A DNA stretch of 64,000 nucleotides from Elusimicrobiota bacterium (GCA_044221725.1 JBGAON010000003.1:64001-128000); one strand, 5' to 3'; numbered from the stretch's first letter, positions 18,217 to 28,452 are shown. Notes: a model not told the origin generated them from the letters alone. Made by a program: numbers and translations.

Positions 18217-20166
18217 ATGTTTCAGAAGTTGCGGAATTTGGTGTTTGGCAAGCCTCGGGATTTAAACGATCCCCACATTTTCCACCACACGTCGCTTATT
18301 GCGTTTCTCGCCTGGGTGGGCCTGGGCGCTGATGGTCTTTCCTCCTCCGCCTACGGCCCCGATGAAGCGTACCGCGCGCTCGGATCACACACGCACCTGG
18401 CCATCTTTCTCGTTGCCATGACGGCCATCACAATTCTGGTCATCTCGTTTGCTTATTCGAATCTCATCGAATATTTTCCCGGGGGCGGCGGAGGATATCT
18501 TGTCGCGTCGAAATTGCTCGGCCCGAAAGCCGGTGTGACATCCGGATGCGCACTCTTGATCGATTATGTGCTCACAATTTCGGTGTCGGTTGCGTCCGGT
18601 TGCGATGCGTTGTGGTCGTTTCTTCCGGCGCATTGGGCGCCTTACAAATTGACCGTCGAGTTTGGCGTGCTCGTCTTCCTTATTATTCTCAACATGCGCG
18701 GCGTAAAAGAGTCGGTGACATTCCTAGCGCCAATTTTCATGCTTTTTATTCTCGCCCATCTTTTCATGATTCTTTACGCGGTGGGCAGTCATTTTTCGGG
18801 ACTTCCGGCTGTTTTTCACGACGCGCATGTCGATTTCCATGCATCCGTCTCCACGCTGGGGTTGGCGCCCGTCGCGTTTATTTTGTTGCGGGCTTACTCG
18901 ATGGGCGGTGGAACCTATACCGGTATTGAAGCGGTTTCAAACGGTGTCGCGATGCTGCGCGAACCGCGTGTCCAAACCGGCAAGCGCACGATGTTCCTTA
19001 TGGCCACCTCTTTGGCATTCACGGCGGCCGGCATTTTGTTTGGTTATTTGCTCACGAACGCGATGCCGATCGAAGGCAAGACGATGAACGCGGTGCTTCT
19101 CGAAAATCTCTACGGTGGATGGGGCATCGGAAAATATTTGATTATTGGGACGCTCATTACCGAAGCGGCGCTTCTGTTCGTTGCCGCGCAAGCCGGATTT
19201 TTGGACGGCCCTCGTGTGCTCTCAAACATGGCGCTCGATTCGTGGATGCCGCACCGCTTTTCGCAGCTGTCGGATCGGCTCGTTACGAAAAACGGCATTG
19301 TGCTGATGGGCTTGGCCGCGATGGGCACGCTCATGTACACACGCGGAAATATTTCGCTTTTGGTCGTCATGTACTCGATCAACGTGTTCCTCACGTTCAC
19401 GTTGACCGAGCTCGGCATGGTGCGCCATTGGATCCTCGAGAGAGGTCGTGAGCCAAAGTGGAAAACGCTGCTCACGATTCACGGGGCCGGGCTCGTCATA
19501 TGTGCGAGCATTCTGTGCATTACGCTGTACGAAAAATTTTCCGAGGGCGGCTGGGTGACAACCGCGATTACGGCGCTCACGATTGTTATTTGTTTCCTGA
19601 TCAAAGCGCATTACCGGCATGTTCAGCAGGGCTTTAAGCATCTCGATGATGTTTTAAAAGATGTTGAGTTGCCGGAGCTCCCCGATATCAAAAAGCACCC
19701 GCTAAACAAGGCCGCGCGCACGGCGGTGTTGCCGGTTCAGTCGTTTTCAGGGTTTGGTATGCATCATTTGCTGGCCATTCTCAAATGGTTTCCGGGCGAC
19801 TTTGAAAACGTGATCTTTGTTTCGGTGGGCGTGATTGATTCCGGAAGTTTTAAAGGTGTGGATGAAATCAAAGCGCTCGAAGCGCGCGTGCGCGGCGATT
19901 TGGAAAAATACGTGCGCTCCGCCGCCCAATACGGGATCAAAGCGGACTATCGAATGGAAATGGCCACCGAAGCCGTCCCGACCGTGGAAAAAATCTGTCG
20001 CAGTGTTGCGAAGGAGTTCCCGCGCGCCATGGTTTTCACCGGAAAACTCATTTTCCGTAAAGAACATTGGTACCAACGAATTCTCCACAACGAAACCGCT
20101 TTGTCGTTGCAGCGCCGGTTGCATTTGGACGGAATTCCGACGATGGTGCTGCCGATTCGCGCTTAA
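18217..20166 (+). CDS. APC-superfamily transporter, KimA/YdaO-like (probable K+ uptake)
   Basis: DGLSSSAYGPDE, LLIDYVLTISVS, TGIEAVSNG and C-terminal RILHNET; preceded by the c-di-AMP riboswitch. Confidence 0.85.
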   Translation: MFQKLRNLVFGKPRDLNDPHIFHHTSLIAFLAWVGLGADGLSSSAYGPDEAYRALGSHTHLAIFLVAMTAITILVISFAYSNLIEYFPGGGGGYLVASKLLGPKAGVTSGCALLIDYVLTISVSVASGCDALWSFLPAHWAPYKLTVEFGVLVFLIILNMRGVKESVTFLAPIFMLFILAHLFMILYAVGSHFSGLPAVFHDAHVDFHASVSTLGLAPVAFILLRAYSMGGGTYTGIEAVSNGVAMLREPRVQTGKRTMFLMATSLAFTAAGILFGYLLTNAMPIEGKTMNAVLLENLYGGWGIGKYLIIGTLITEAALLFVAAQAGFLDGPRVLSNMALDSWMPHRFSQLSDRLVTKNGIVLMGLAAMGTLMYTRGNISLLVVMYSINVFLTFTLTELGMVRHWILERGREPKWKTLLTIHGAGLVICASILCITLYEKFSEGGWVTTAITALTIVICFLIKAHYRHVQQGFKHLDDVLKDVELPELPDIKKHPLNKAARTAVLPVQSFSGFGMHHLLAILKWFPGDFENVIFVSVGVIDSGSFKGVDEIKALEARVRGDLEKYVRSAAQYGIKADYRMEMATEAVPTVEKICRSVAKEFPRAMVFTGKLIFRKEHWYQRILHNETALSLQRRLHLDGIPTMVLPIRA

Positions 20167-20195
20167 GTCGTCATCCCGACAAGCACCAAGCGATC

Positions 20196-22166
20196 TTATT
20201 TAACGTTGTAGCGCTGTTGCGTGTAGAGTTCGTCGGCCACCTGAAAGATGGCCATCGCGTCTTTTTTAACTTCTTCTTCGGCGGGCCCGACGCGGGAAAG
20301 AGGTTCCAAATTGTTGCGATCGGCCGATAGTTCATAAAAATCGATCGTTTTGTTGATGCCGAGCACAGCAAGTCGATTGTTCTTGAACAGCCCAACGTCG
20401 CGATTGTGGTGCATAACCGCCCAGGCTGTCATCGGGTCTTTTTTCAGAATGTCCTGTCCAAAAAAAGCGGATTTGTAACTTTTCCCAAGCATACCGAGCA
20501 GCGTCGGGCCCACATCCAGCGATCCGCCCAGCGTATCAATGCGTCTAGCAGAAATTCCGGGGCCAACGATCAACAGCGGTATCCGGTACGACGGAATTGG
20601 AATTTTCTGGCTTCCGTACACGCGCGCGCCGTGGTCCGCCACCACCGCAAACACGGTGTCTTTGTAAAAACTTTCTTCCTTTGCGTTCTTAATAAATTGG
20701 CCAATCGCCCAGTCGGTATATTTCACGGCGTGTGAGCGGCTGTGCTCATCCGGATTTTCAGCGATGCGCCCTTTTGGATAGGTGTACGGCTTGTGGTTTG
20801 AGACCGTGAGAAACGTTACGAAGAACGGTTTTCCGGAATCATGCAGCGTTTTTAATTCATCGATTCCTTTATTGAACAAATCTTCATCGCAAACACCCCA
20901 GATGGTTTTGAACGTGGGACTTGGAAAATCTTTTTGCTCGATAAACCGGTCGTAACCGTTCCGTGTTGTGAACGAGCGCATGCCGTCAAACACGCCTCGC
21001 CCGCCGTACATAAACAGTGTTTGGTAGCCCTGGCTGGCAAGCGTGCGGGCGATCGTGGAAACGTTATCCGATAGCGATCGCTTAACAATCGAATCACCGG
21101 GAAGCGGGGGAAATGAGGCCAACACGCCTTCCATTCCGCGTACCGTTCGGTTTCCGCTCGCGTACATGTTCGTGAACAGCCAGCCTTCGTGCGCGAGCGC
21201 GTCCATTTCGGGTGTCAGCGTCGGCTCTTTGCGCCCGAGAGAGCCCCAGAACTCCGATCCAAAACTTTCCACGAGAATGAGCACGAGATTTTTTGGATGG
21301 GGGCGATTGTCTCCCTTAATAATTCGCTCGGTGGAATATCCGTTCGACGTGAAGGTTCCGGATTTCGCTAACAGTGTGCGGCAGCGTTGGTACGCTTCCT
21401 CGCGCGGCAATGTCAAATAAAAATAGGGGTAATGCAGTTCGTGCGTGATCGCGGCATCAAAAAACGACTCAATGCCATTTAATGTCACTTCGTACACGAT
21501 CCGGTCCTGCGTAAAATTTCCGGGTTCGTGCACTTGAAGAAGTAAAAACACCGCGATCGTTGCGGTGTAGGTGATCATTCCCGTGAGGCGTCGTTGGACC
21601 GACGTCCTTGTTTCAACACGCCGCCGGTAGATCCTGTTTAAAATGAACGAAATTGTTACGCCAACGGCAACGACGGCCGTCAAAATTTTGATCACCGGAT
21701 AGCTTTGCCAAATGTTGACGAAGACTTCTTGCGGGTAGATCAGATAATCCACAGCAACCGTATTGAACCGCGAATTGAATTCGTCAAAGAACGCGTATTC
21801 GACGACGAACATAAACAGTTGTTCGATGAAATACAGAACCGTGACCGACTTGATAAGGAATTGGAACCAGCCCGAATTAAAAACTTTGTCCGAGACCATT
21901 TGCAGAACGAAGAACAATGGAGCCAAAACAATCAATCCGACCGCCGCGTCGCAGCGAAGGCCGGTGCCAAAGATGTGGACGAGAAGCCGCGGGTGATGAA
22001 ACTCCGACGGAACGAAATGCTTCAATAAAACAACGCGAAGTAACAGCCCGCCGATGAGATAAAAACCGAAGCACGCAAAGAAATACCAGTTGCGCCGAGT
22101 CACAATGCGCTCGTAGAAGCTGTAACGCGGTTGGGAAGAAATTGGGTTGGATGGATGTTGAATCAC
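20196..22166 (-). CDS. LTA synthase/sulfatase-family membrane protein
   Basis: N-terminal TMs; ILVES, GNRT, TVSNHKPY and VADHG. Confidence 0.88.
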   Translation of the reverse strand: MIQHPSNPISSQPRYSFYERIVTRRNWYFFACFGFYLIGGLLLRVVLLKHFVPSEFHHPRLLVHIFGTGLRCDAAVGLIVLAPLFFVLQMVSDKVFNSGWFQFLIKSVTVLYFIEQLFMFVVEYAFFDEFNSRFNTVAVDYLIYPQEVFVNIWQSYPVIKILTAVVAVGVTISFILNRIYRRRVETRTSVQRRLTGMITYTATIAVFLLLQVHEPGNFTQDRIVYEVTLNGIESFFDAAITHELHYPYFYLTLPREEAYQRCRTLLAKSGTFTSNGYSTERIIKGDNRPHPKNLVLILVESFGSEFWGSLGRKEPTLTPEMDALAHEGWLFTNMYASGNRTVRGMEGVLASFPPLPGDSIVKRSLSDNVSTIARTLASQGYQTLFMYGGRGVFDGMRSFTTRNGYDRFIEQKDFPSPTFKTIWGVCDEDLFNKGIDELKTLHDSGKPFFVTFLTVSNHKPYTYPKGRIAENPDEHSRSHAVKYTDWAIGQFIKNAKEESFYKDTVFAVVADHGARVYGSQKIPIPSYRIPLLIVGPGISARRIDTLGGSLDVGPTLLGMLGKSYKSAFFGQDILKKDPMTAWAVMHHNRDVGLFKNNRLAVLGINKTIDFYELSADRNNLEPLSRVGPAEEEVKKDAMAIFQVADELYTQQRYNVK

Positions 22167-22187
22167 GGGCCGATGCTACATTATGGT

Positions 22188-22217
22188 TTGACAGAGCGGC
22201 GTGACATCTGGTAGGTT
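22188..22217 (+). promoter_or_regulatory. Sigma-70-type promoter of the leu leader
   Basis: ttgaca 22188-22193 and extended -10 tg-g-taggtt ending at 22217. Confidence 0.55.
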
Positions 22218-22224
22218 ACTTTCA

Positions 22225-22311
22225 ATGTTTTACGCCAGCTGTCTTCAAGCGAACCTAATTCTTACCCTCGGCCTTATTGGTCATCGGGGCGGGTTCGTTG
22301 CGGTCGCGTAA
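22225..22311 (+). CDS. Leu/Ile-rich attenuator leader peptide MFYASCLQANLILTLGLIGHRGGFVAVA
   Basis: 28-codon ORF with five Leu codons (including CTA), upstream of a terminator and leuA. Confidence 0.7.
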   Translation: MFYASCLQANLILTLGLIGHRGGFVAVA

Positions 22312-22340
22312 AGCATAAACATCAGAGAAGACTGAACAAC

Positions 22341-22376
22341 AGAACCCATCCCGACGCGGATGGGTTTTTTGTTTTA
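22341..22376 (+). terminator. Attenuator terminator
   Basis: aacccatcc-cgacgc-ggatgggtt plus a T-tract; the 5' arm can alternatively pair with leader ggggcgggttcgttg. Confidence 0.8.
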
Positions 22377-22381
22377 GGGCA

Positions 22382-22416
22382 GCCCATTCGCGATTATCGG
22401 AATGGGTTTTTTGTTG
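22382..22416 (+). terminator. Second terminator-like hairpin before leuA
   Basis: cccattc-N10-gaatggg followed by T6. Confidence 0.55.
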
Positions 22417-22432
22417 TCCAAAGGAGACTATC

Positions 22433-23608
22433 ATGGACACAAATTCCCAAACAGAAAAAGTCGTCATCGCGGACACGACGTTGCGCGACGGCGAGCAGGC
22501 GCCCGGATATCACTTCACGCCGCAACAGAAAATCGACATCGCGCGGCAATTGCGCGAGCTGAACGTCGATGTTATCGAGGCCGGCTTTCCGATCTCAAGT
22601 CCGGCCGAATTCGAAACGGTAAAAACCATCGCGCGCGAGGTCGGTTCGGCAAGCGACGCGCCGGTGATCGGAGCGTTTGGCCGCAGCCGTCTGGAAGACA
22701 TCGAGCAGTGTTGGCAGGCCGTCAGGCACGCGGCGCGGCCGCGCATCCACACGTTCATGCCCGCGTCCGACATTCACTTGCAGCACAAAATGAGAATGTC
22801 GCGCGCCGAAGCGCTCAAGGCTGCCGTGCAGGGGGTGCGTTGGGCCAAGGAGCGCACGGGGGATGTTCAATTCACTCCCGAAGACGCGACGCGCGCCGAT
22901 CGCATTTATTTGGCCGAAGTGGTTGAGGCCGTGATCGACGCGGGCGTCACGACCGTAAACGTGGCGGACACGGTGGGTTACACCACGCCCGAGGAGTTTC
23001 GCGACCTGATCGGTTTCTTGAAACGAAATGTTCGCAACCTGCCGCGCGCGGCGATCTCCGTGCATTGTCACGATGATCTCGGAATGGCCGTCGCCAATTC
23101 GTTGACCGCAGTGTCCGCCGGCGCGCGTCAGGTCGAAGGAACCATCAATGGTATCGGTGAGCGCGCTGGCAATTGCGCGCTGGAGGAAGTCATCATGGCG
23201 CTGCGCACGCGGTCGGAGTTTTTTCGCTGTCGCACGAACGTGGCGTCGCCGCAGATCTACGCGACGAGTCGCTTGGTTTCGAACTACACGAGCGTTGCCG
23301 TTCCACCGAACAAAGCAATTGTTGGAGCAAACGCATTCGCCCACGCGTCGGGCATTCATCAAGACGGAATGTTAAAAAATCGAAGCACCTACGAAATTAT
23401 GACACCCGAAGAGATCGGCGCGCCGGCGTCGACGCTGCCGCTCACCAACCGCAGTGGACGTCGCGCAGTGGAACACCGCGCACGTTTCTTGGGTCTCGAT
23501 GTATCGCGCGAAGCGGTCGATAAACTGTTCGTGCGATTCAAAGCCTTTGCGGACACAACACGAACCGTCGGTGACGAAGATCTCGTAAAATTATTTCGAG
23601 AAATTTAA
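22433..23608 (+). CDS. leuA: 2-isopropylmalate synthase, short form lacking the C-terminal regulatory domain
   Basis: DTTLRDGEQ, HCHDDLG, GIGERAGN and HASGIHQDG; only 391 aa. Confidence 0.85.
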   Translation: MDTNSQTEKVVIADTTLRDGEQAPGYHFTPQQKIDIARQLRELNVDVIEAGFPISSPAEFETVKTIAREVGSASDAPVIGAFGRSRLEDIEQCWQAVRHAARPRIHTFMPASDIHLQHKMRMSRAEALKAAVQGVRWAKERTGDVQFTPEDATRADRIYLAEVVEAVIDAGVTTVNVADTVGYTTPEEFRDLIGFLKRNVRNLPRAAISVHCHDDLGMAVANSLTAVSAGARQVEGTINGIGERAGNCALEEVIMALRTRSEFFRCRTNVASPQIYATSRLVSNYTSVAVPPNKAIVGANAFAHASGIHQDGMLKNRSTYEIMTPEEIGAPASTLPLTNRSGRRAVEHRARFLGLDVSREAVDKLFVRFKAFADTTRTVGDEDLVKLFREI

Positions 23609-23687
23609 GGAGGTCTTCCATGGTGAAGCTGCGGGCGGAACTAATTTTTGGATTTGGGGCTTTATAATAATAAGGAGGAACACCATC

Positions 23688-24425
23688 ATGAGCCCAACAA
23701 CCGAACCAATTATTGATATTCGCCGCGCCAATGAACGTTTTTCGACGGACATTCCGTGGTTGGATTCGAAGCACAGCTTTAGTTTCGGTCCGCACTACGA
23801 TCCGAACAACACGCATCACGGTCTCCTGCTCGTGAGCAACGACGACGTGATTCGCGCCGGCACGGGTTTCTCCACGCACCCGCATCAAGATATGGAAATT
23901 GTGACGTGGGTGCTTTCGGGAGAACTTGAGCACAAGGATTCGCAGGGCAACAAAGGAATAATTTATCCGGGTTTGGCGCAGCGCATGAGCGCGGGGCGCG
24001 GCATCTGGCATTCGGAAATGAATCCGAGCAAAAACACGGATGTTCATCTCGTGCAGATGTGGGTGTTGCCCGACACGGAATCAATCAACCCGAGCTACGA
24101 GCAAATGGATATTACGAAAGAACTTGGAAAGGGCGGCTTGGTTCCGATTGCCTCCGGTCGCGGTCACAACGCGGCCATTGCGATCCGGCAAAAAGGGGCC
24201 GTGCTCTGGGGAGGGCGGTTAAAAGCTGGAGAGAAAGTAAAAATTCCGGACGCACGATTTGTGCACGTGTTTGTCGCAACAGGTTCCGCGGCTTTGGATG
24301 GTGCCGGCGTTTTGAATCAAGGCGATGCGGTTCGCTTAACGGCGGCGGGCGCTCCAATCTTAACGGCAGACGCGAAAACGGGCGCCGAAGTTCTTATTTG
24401 GGAGATGGCTTCCGATCAATGGTGA
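23688..24425 (+). CDS. Pirin family protein (YhhW-like)
   Basis: HSFSFG, GFSTHPHQDMEI and GIWHSE. Confidence 0.92.
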   Translation: MSPTTEPIIDIRRANERFSTDIPWLDSKHSFSFGPHYDPNNTHHGLLLVSNDDVIRAGTGFSTHPHQDMEIVTWVLSGELEHKDSQGNKGIIYPGLAQRMSAGRGIWHSEMNPSKNTDVHLVQMWVLPDTESINPSYEQMDITKELGKGGLVPIASGRGHNAAIAIRQKGAVLWGGRLKAGEKVKIPDARFVHVFVATGSAALDGAGVLNQGDAVRLTAAGAPILTADAKTGAEVLIWEMASDQW

Positions 24426-25116
24426 TGCCGCGAACAATATCGTCGAGCTTGTCCAAATTCGGCGAGAAGTTCTCGGATGAAAGCTGATCCATAAACAGCG
24501 CGGCCATGCTGGCATCTTCGCTCACCGGCAAATTGTGCGCGGCGATTGGATGGACAAACACAATAAGCGATTGCCCGTCTTTCGATAGCCCTTGGAACGT
24601 GTAGAAAATGTTTTCATTGGTGGTCGGTGACTTGTCGACGGCGTAGCGTGTAACGAAGCGCACGCCGGATCCTTTCTCAAAACGCAAATAATTGACCTTG
24701 GCCCGAAACAATTGTGCGCCCTTGGCCGGCGGGAAAATCGGAATCTCGGAAGCCGCCTCGCCAATGTGGTCGTTGATCACGCGACTCAAGAATTGAATGC
24801 GCCGATCGAATTCCTTTCGCTCCTTTCCGACAAAAAGCGTACGGTATTCGGCAACAGGGAAAATCAGCAGTTGGCGGTCTCGGAAGCGAATCGTCTCCGG
24901 CAGTTTATCTTCGTCAAAACTGTAGCGCAGATGCGACGGCAAATTACCACCCGCGGGCATGTCCAAGCCGACGATGGTTTCCGCAATTCGGCCGGGCCCC
25001 ACCGACACATCCGTGAGTCTCAGTTTCTGTGGTGGTTTCGCTTGCGTGGGAACGCCGAGGAAAAAAAGCGTCACCGCCAAAAAAAGATGTTGCCACATGA
25101 TTGTTCTAGTACGCAT
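24394..25116 (-). CDS. Secreted hypothetical protein
   Basis: Signal peptide ending TQA; coupled to the upstream ABC ATPase gene. Confidence 0.65.
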   Translation of the reverse strand: MRTRTIMWQHLFLAVTLFFLGVPTQAKPPQKLRLTDVSVGPGRIAETIVGLDMPAGGNLPSHLRYSFDEDKLPETIRFRDRQLLIFPVAEYRTLFVGKERKEFDRRIQFLSRVINDHIGEAASEIPIFPPAKGAQLFRAKVNYLRFEKGSGVRFVTRYAVDKSPTTNENIFYTFQGLSKDGQSLIVFVHPIAAHNLPVSEDASMAALFMDQLSSENFSPNLDKLDDIVRGITIDRKPSPK

Positions 25117-25882
25117 GGTACATTCCCGCCTGTTTTACCAAACGCAACGGAACGTGAAAGAGCTCCGTGAGATTCGTTTCGGTAAGAATTTCTTTTTTGG
25201 GGCCATCCGCGAAGATTCTTCCATTTTTTAGCAACACGATGCGCTCGATTTCCGGAATGATATCCGATAAGTGATGCGTGACAAGCACGATGCCAATTCC
25301 GGCACGCGCCAGTTTTCGCAGCGTCTTTTTAACCAAAACCTGGCCTTGCAGGTCCAAACTGTTCATCGGTTCATCGAAAACAATAAGCCGCGGCGTGTGA
25401 ATGAGGGCTCGCGCGATGAGAACACGGCGCGCCTCGCCGGAGGAAATGTGAGCGAAGGTTTCGTTCTCGAGATGCGTGAGCCCCAACCACGTCAAGATTT
25501 GTTTTGCTTGTTTTAGCATCGCGGGCGTCACACGATTGTTTTTCCAAAGGCCAACGCTTGAGAAAAAACCAGAAAGAACCGCTTCGAGCGCCGTTACGTT
25601 TTTCGGAAAAAGCGCCTGCCAGTCGTACGAAACAATGCCAAGCTGCGAGCGCAACGCGAAAACGTCCCACGTTTTTGAACCAAACAGCGTCACGCTACCG
25701 CCCGTCGGATAAAGTTCACGCGTCATTGCCTTGATCAATGTGGATTTGCCGCTGCCGTTCGCACCCACGATGGCCACCTGCTCCCGCATCCCAATTTTTA
25801 GAGTGACGTCGGTCAAAACATCGCGTTCGCCGCGATGAACGGTGACGTTTTGGAACCAAACCGCAAATTTCTTTGTTGGCAT
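25106..25882 (-). CDS. ABC ATP-binding protein (ModF/YlmA-like)
   Basis: GANGSGKS, ISSGE, FDEP and LVTHH. Confidence 0.88.
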   Translation of the reverse strand: MPTKKFAVWFQNVTVHRGERDVLTDVTLKIGMREQVAIVGANGSGKSTLIKAMTRELYPTGGSVTLFGSKTWDVFALRSQLGIVSYDWQALFPKNVTALEAVLSGFFSSVGLWKNNRVTPAMLKQAKQILTWLGLTHLENETFAHISSGEARRVLIARALIHTPRLIVFDEPMNSLDLQGQVLVKKTLRKLARAGIGIVLVTHHLSDIIPEIERIVLLKNGRIFADGPKKEILTETNLTELFHVPLRLVKQAGMYHAY

Positions 25883-25934
25883 CGTTAACGATCATCGCAT
25901 TTTCCGAAAAAAATTTTTTACCATAGTGATTCCA

Positions 25935-27050
25935 ATGAAAAATAAGAAAAGAATTTCGACGCCGTATTATCTGATCGACGAATCACGACTTCTGAAAAAT
26001 CTAAAAAAGATTGAGCTGCTGCGGGAGCGCTCCGGTGCCAAATGTGTTTTGGCGCTCAAATGTTTCTCGACGTGGGCCGTTTTTGATCTCATGCGAAAAT
26101 ACATGGACGGAACAACATCGAGCTCGCTGTACGAGGCGAAGCTCGGGGCTGAAAAATTCGGAAAGGAAGTTCACGCGTACAGTGTTGCGTGGTCGGCAAA
26201 CGAAATAGAATCCGTTCGTAAATTCGCCACGAAAGTTATTTTTAATTCGACGTCGCAGCTGCGTCAGTTCCTGCCGCGCGTGAAGCATTTGCCGATCGGT
26301 ATGCGCGTAAATCCGGGTGTCAGTCATTCGGGTTTTGATTTGGCGGATCCATCTCGAAAATTTTGCCGTCTTGGCGCGACAGAAATGAAAGATATTCAAT
26401 CCGTCATTTCGAATTTGTCCGGACTCATGTTTCACTGCAACTGTGAAAACGACAGTTTTGAGAGTTTTTCGCGGATCCTCGACACAATCGAGCGAAAATT
26501 CGGAAGTTTGCTTAAGAATTTAAGCTGGGTTAGTCTCGGTGGAGGAATCTATTTCACGAAAGAGAACTTTTTTTTTGATAAGTTCTGCTCGCGAATTTTA
26601 GAGTTTTCTCGACGGTACAACGTGCAAGTGTATTTCGAACCCGGCGAAGCGTCGATCACGCAGTCGGGTTTTCTTGTGACCAGCGTTTTGGATATCGTGA
26701 AGAACAAAAAAGATATCGCGATCGTGGACGCGGCTGTTGAAACGCACATGTTGGATTTGCTGATTTACAACGCGAACGCGAAAGTTGAGTTGCCGAAAAA
26801 TGGTCGGTACGCATACATGATTGCGGGAAGAACGTGTTTGGCCGGTGATGTGTTCGGCACCTACAATTTTCCAGAGAAACTGAAGGTGGGCGACCGCGTG
26901 ACGTTTTCAGACGCAGCGGGTTACACCATGGTGAAAAAGAATTGGTTCAACGGTGTTGCGATGCCATCGATTGTGGTGCGGCGCCTGAATGGTCGAGTCG
27001 AGCTGATTCGAGAATTTACGTACAGCGATTTCTTGCATAACTTGTCGTGA
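25935..27050 (+). CDS. nspC: Carboxynorspermidine decarboxylase
   Basis: TPYYLIDE, LALKCFS, SLGGG, TCLAGD and YTMVKKNWFNG. Confidence 0.93.
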   Translation: MKNKKRISTPYYLIDESRLLKNLKKIELLRERSGAKCVLALKCFSTWAVFDLMRKYMDGTTSSSLYEAKLGAEKFGKEVHAYSVAWSANEIESVRKFATKVIFNSTSQLRQFLPRVKHLPIGMRVNPGVSHSGFDLADPSRKFCRLGATEMKDIQSVISNLSGLMFHCNCENDSFESFSRILDTIERKFGSLLKNLSWVSLGGGIYFTKENFFFDKFCSRILEFSRRYNVQVYFEPGEASITQSGFLVTSVLDIVKNKKDIAIVDAAVETHMLDLLIYNANAKVELPKNGRYAYMIAGRTCLAGDVFGTYNFPEKLKVGDRVTFSDAAGYTMVKKNWFNGVAMPSIVVRRLNGRVELIREFTYSDFLHNLS

Positions 27051-27066
27051 TTGGGAGGAAGGTGAA

Positions 27067-28317
27067 ATGAAAAAGAATGTTCTGATTATTGGGGCGGGCG
27101 GCGTTGCCCATGTGACAGCGCACAAGTGCGCTCAGAATAACGATATTCTTGGCGACATTTGCATCGCTTCGCGTACGATCGAGAAGTGCGACAGAATTAT
27201 TGAGAGCATCAAACGCAAGAAGAACCTAAAAGATAAATCGAAAAAACTTTACTCCCGCAAGATCGACGCAATGAATGTGTCGGCCACCGTTGAGCTCATC
27301 AAAGAAACGAAATCCGAAATCGTCATTAATCTTGGGACCGCCTTCTTGAACATGTCCGTGCTCGAGGCTTGCATCGAAGCCGGCGTTGCGTACATGGACA
27401 CGGCCATTCATGAGGATCCGGACAAAGTTTGTGAGGATCCGCCATGGTACGCGAACCACGAGTGGAAGCGCGCCGCGCGCTGCAAAGCCAAAGGAGTTGC
27501 CGCAATTCTTGGTGTTGGATTTGACCCCGGCGTCGTGAACGCTTACGCGGCGTACGCTCAGAAAAATCATTTCGACAAAATTGACACGATCGATATCTTG
27601 GACGTAAACGCCGGTTCGCACGGTCGCTACTTTGCGACGAACTTTGATCCGGAAATAAACTTTCGGGAATTTAAGAAAGTGTGGTCGTACATCGATCGGC
27701 AATGGGTGGAAGACGCCGTTCACTCGAAAAAATGGATTTATGATTTTCCGGTCGTTGGAAAACAACCGGTGTATCTCACCGGGCATGACGAGCTGCATTC
27801 GCTGTCGAAAAACATCGATGCAAACAGCATTCGTTTCTGGATGGGATTCGGCGATCATTACATCAATGTATTCAATGTGCTGAAAAATGTTGGCATGCTC
27901 TCCGAGATTCCGGTAAAGCTCAGCGACGGCACCGAAGTCGTGCCGCTCAAGATAATGAAAGCGATTTTGCCCGATCCGGGTTCGCTGGCGCCGGGCTACA
28001 AAGGCTACACGTGTATTGGGGACCTCGTGAAAGGAACCAAAGACGGAAAATACCGTGAAGTGTTTTATTACAACACGTGCGATCACGCCGCTTGTTACAA
28101 AGAAGTGGAATCACAAGCGATCTCGTACACCGCCGGTGTTCCGCCTGTTGCTGCAGCTATTTTGCTCGCGCAAGGTGTTTGGGATCCAAAGAAAATGGTG
28201 AATGTGGAGGAATTGGATCCGGAACCATTCTTGAAGCTGCTCGATAACATGGGACTTCCGATGGTGATCGAAGACAAAACGGAGCCGAAAAAATCGACGG
28301 CGAAGGTGCTTGCGTAA
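27067..28317 (+). CDS. Carboxynorspermidine dehydrogenase (saccharopine dehydrogenase family)
   Basis: IIGAGGV, GFDPG, FATNFDPEIN and SQAISYTAGVP; adjacent to nspC. Confidence 0.92.
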   Translation: MKKNVLIIGAGGVAHVTAHKCAQNNDILGDICIASRTIEKCDRIIESIKRKKNLKDKSKKLYSRKIDAMNVSATVELIKETKSEIVINLGTAFLNMSVLEACIEAGVAYMDTAIHEDPDKVCEDPPWYANHEWKRAARCKAKGVAAILGVGFDPGVVNAYAAYAQKNHFDKIDTIDILDVNAGSHGRYFATNFDPEINFREFKKVWSYIDRQWVEDAVHSKKWIYDFPVVGKQPVYLTGHDELHSLSKNIDANSIRFWMGFGDHYINVFNVLKNVGMLSEIPVKLSDGTEVVPLKIMKAILPDPGSLAPGYKGYTCIGDLVKGTKDGKYREVFYYNTCDHAACYKEVESQAISYTAGVPPVAAAILLAQGVWDPKKMVNVEELDPEPFLKLLDNMGLPMVIEDKTEPKKSTAKVLA

Positions 28318-28378
28318 CAGGCCCCAAGAAATTATTTCTTGACAGTCTAAAGAAGTTCGTGTAACTAAGCGGTGTTCT

Positions 28379-28440
28379 TCGGCGGAATTTGTGTCAACTT
28401 GCCCAGCCGATCTCCAAGGAGAAAATGGGGCTAAAGCGAC
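28379..28440 (+). ncRNA. SAM-II/SAM-V-like riboswitch aptamer 1 (transcriptional)
   Basis: P1 tcggc/gccga, AUUU loop, UUGCCC pairing with GGGC-U-AA, P2a gtc/gac; upstream of the sulfate uptake operon. Confidence 0.72.
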
Positions 28441-28452
28441 GATGAGATTTTT

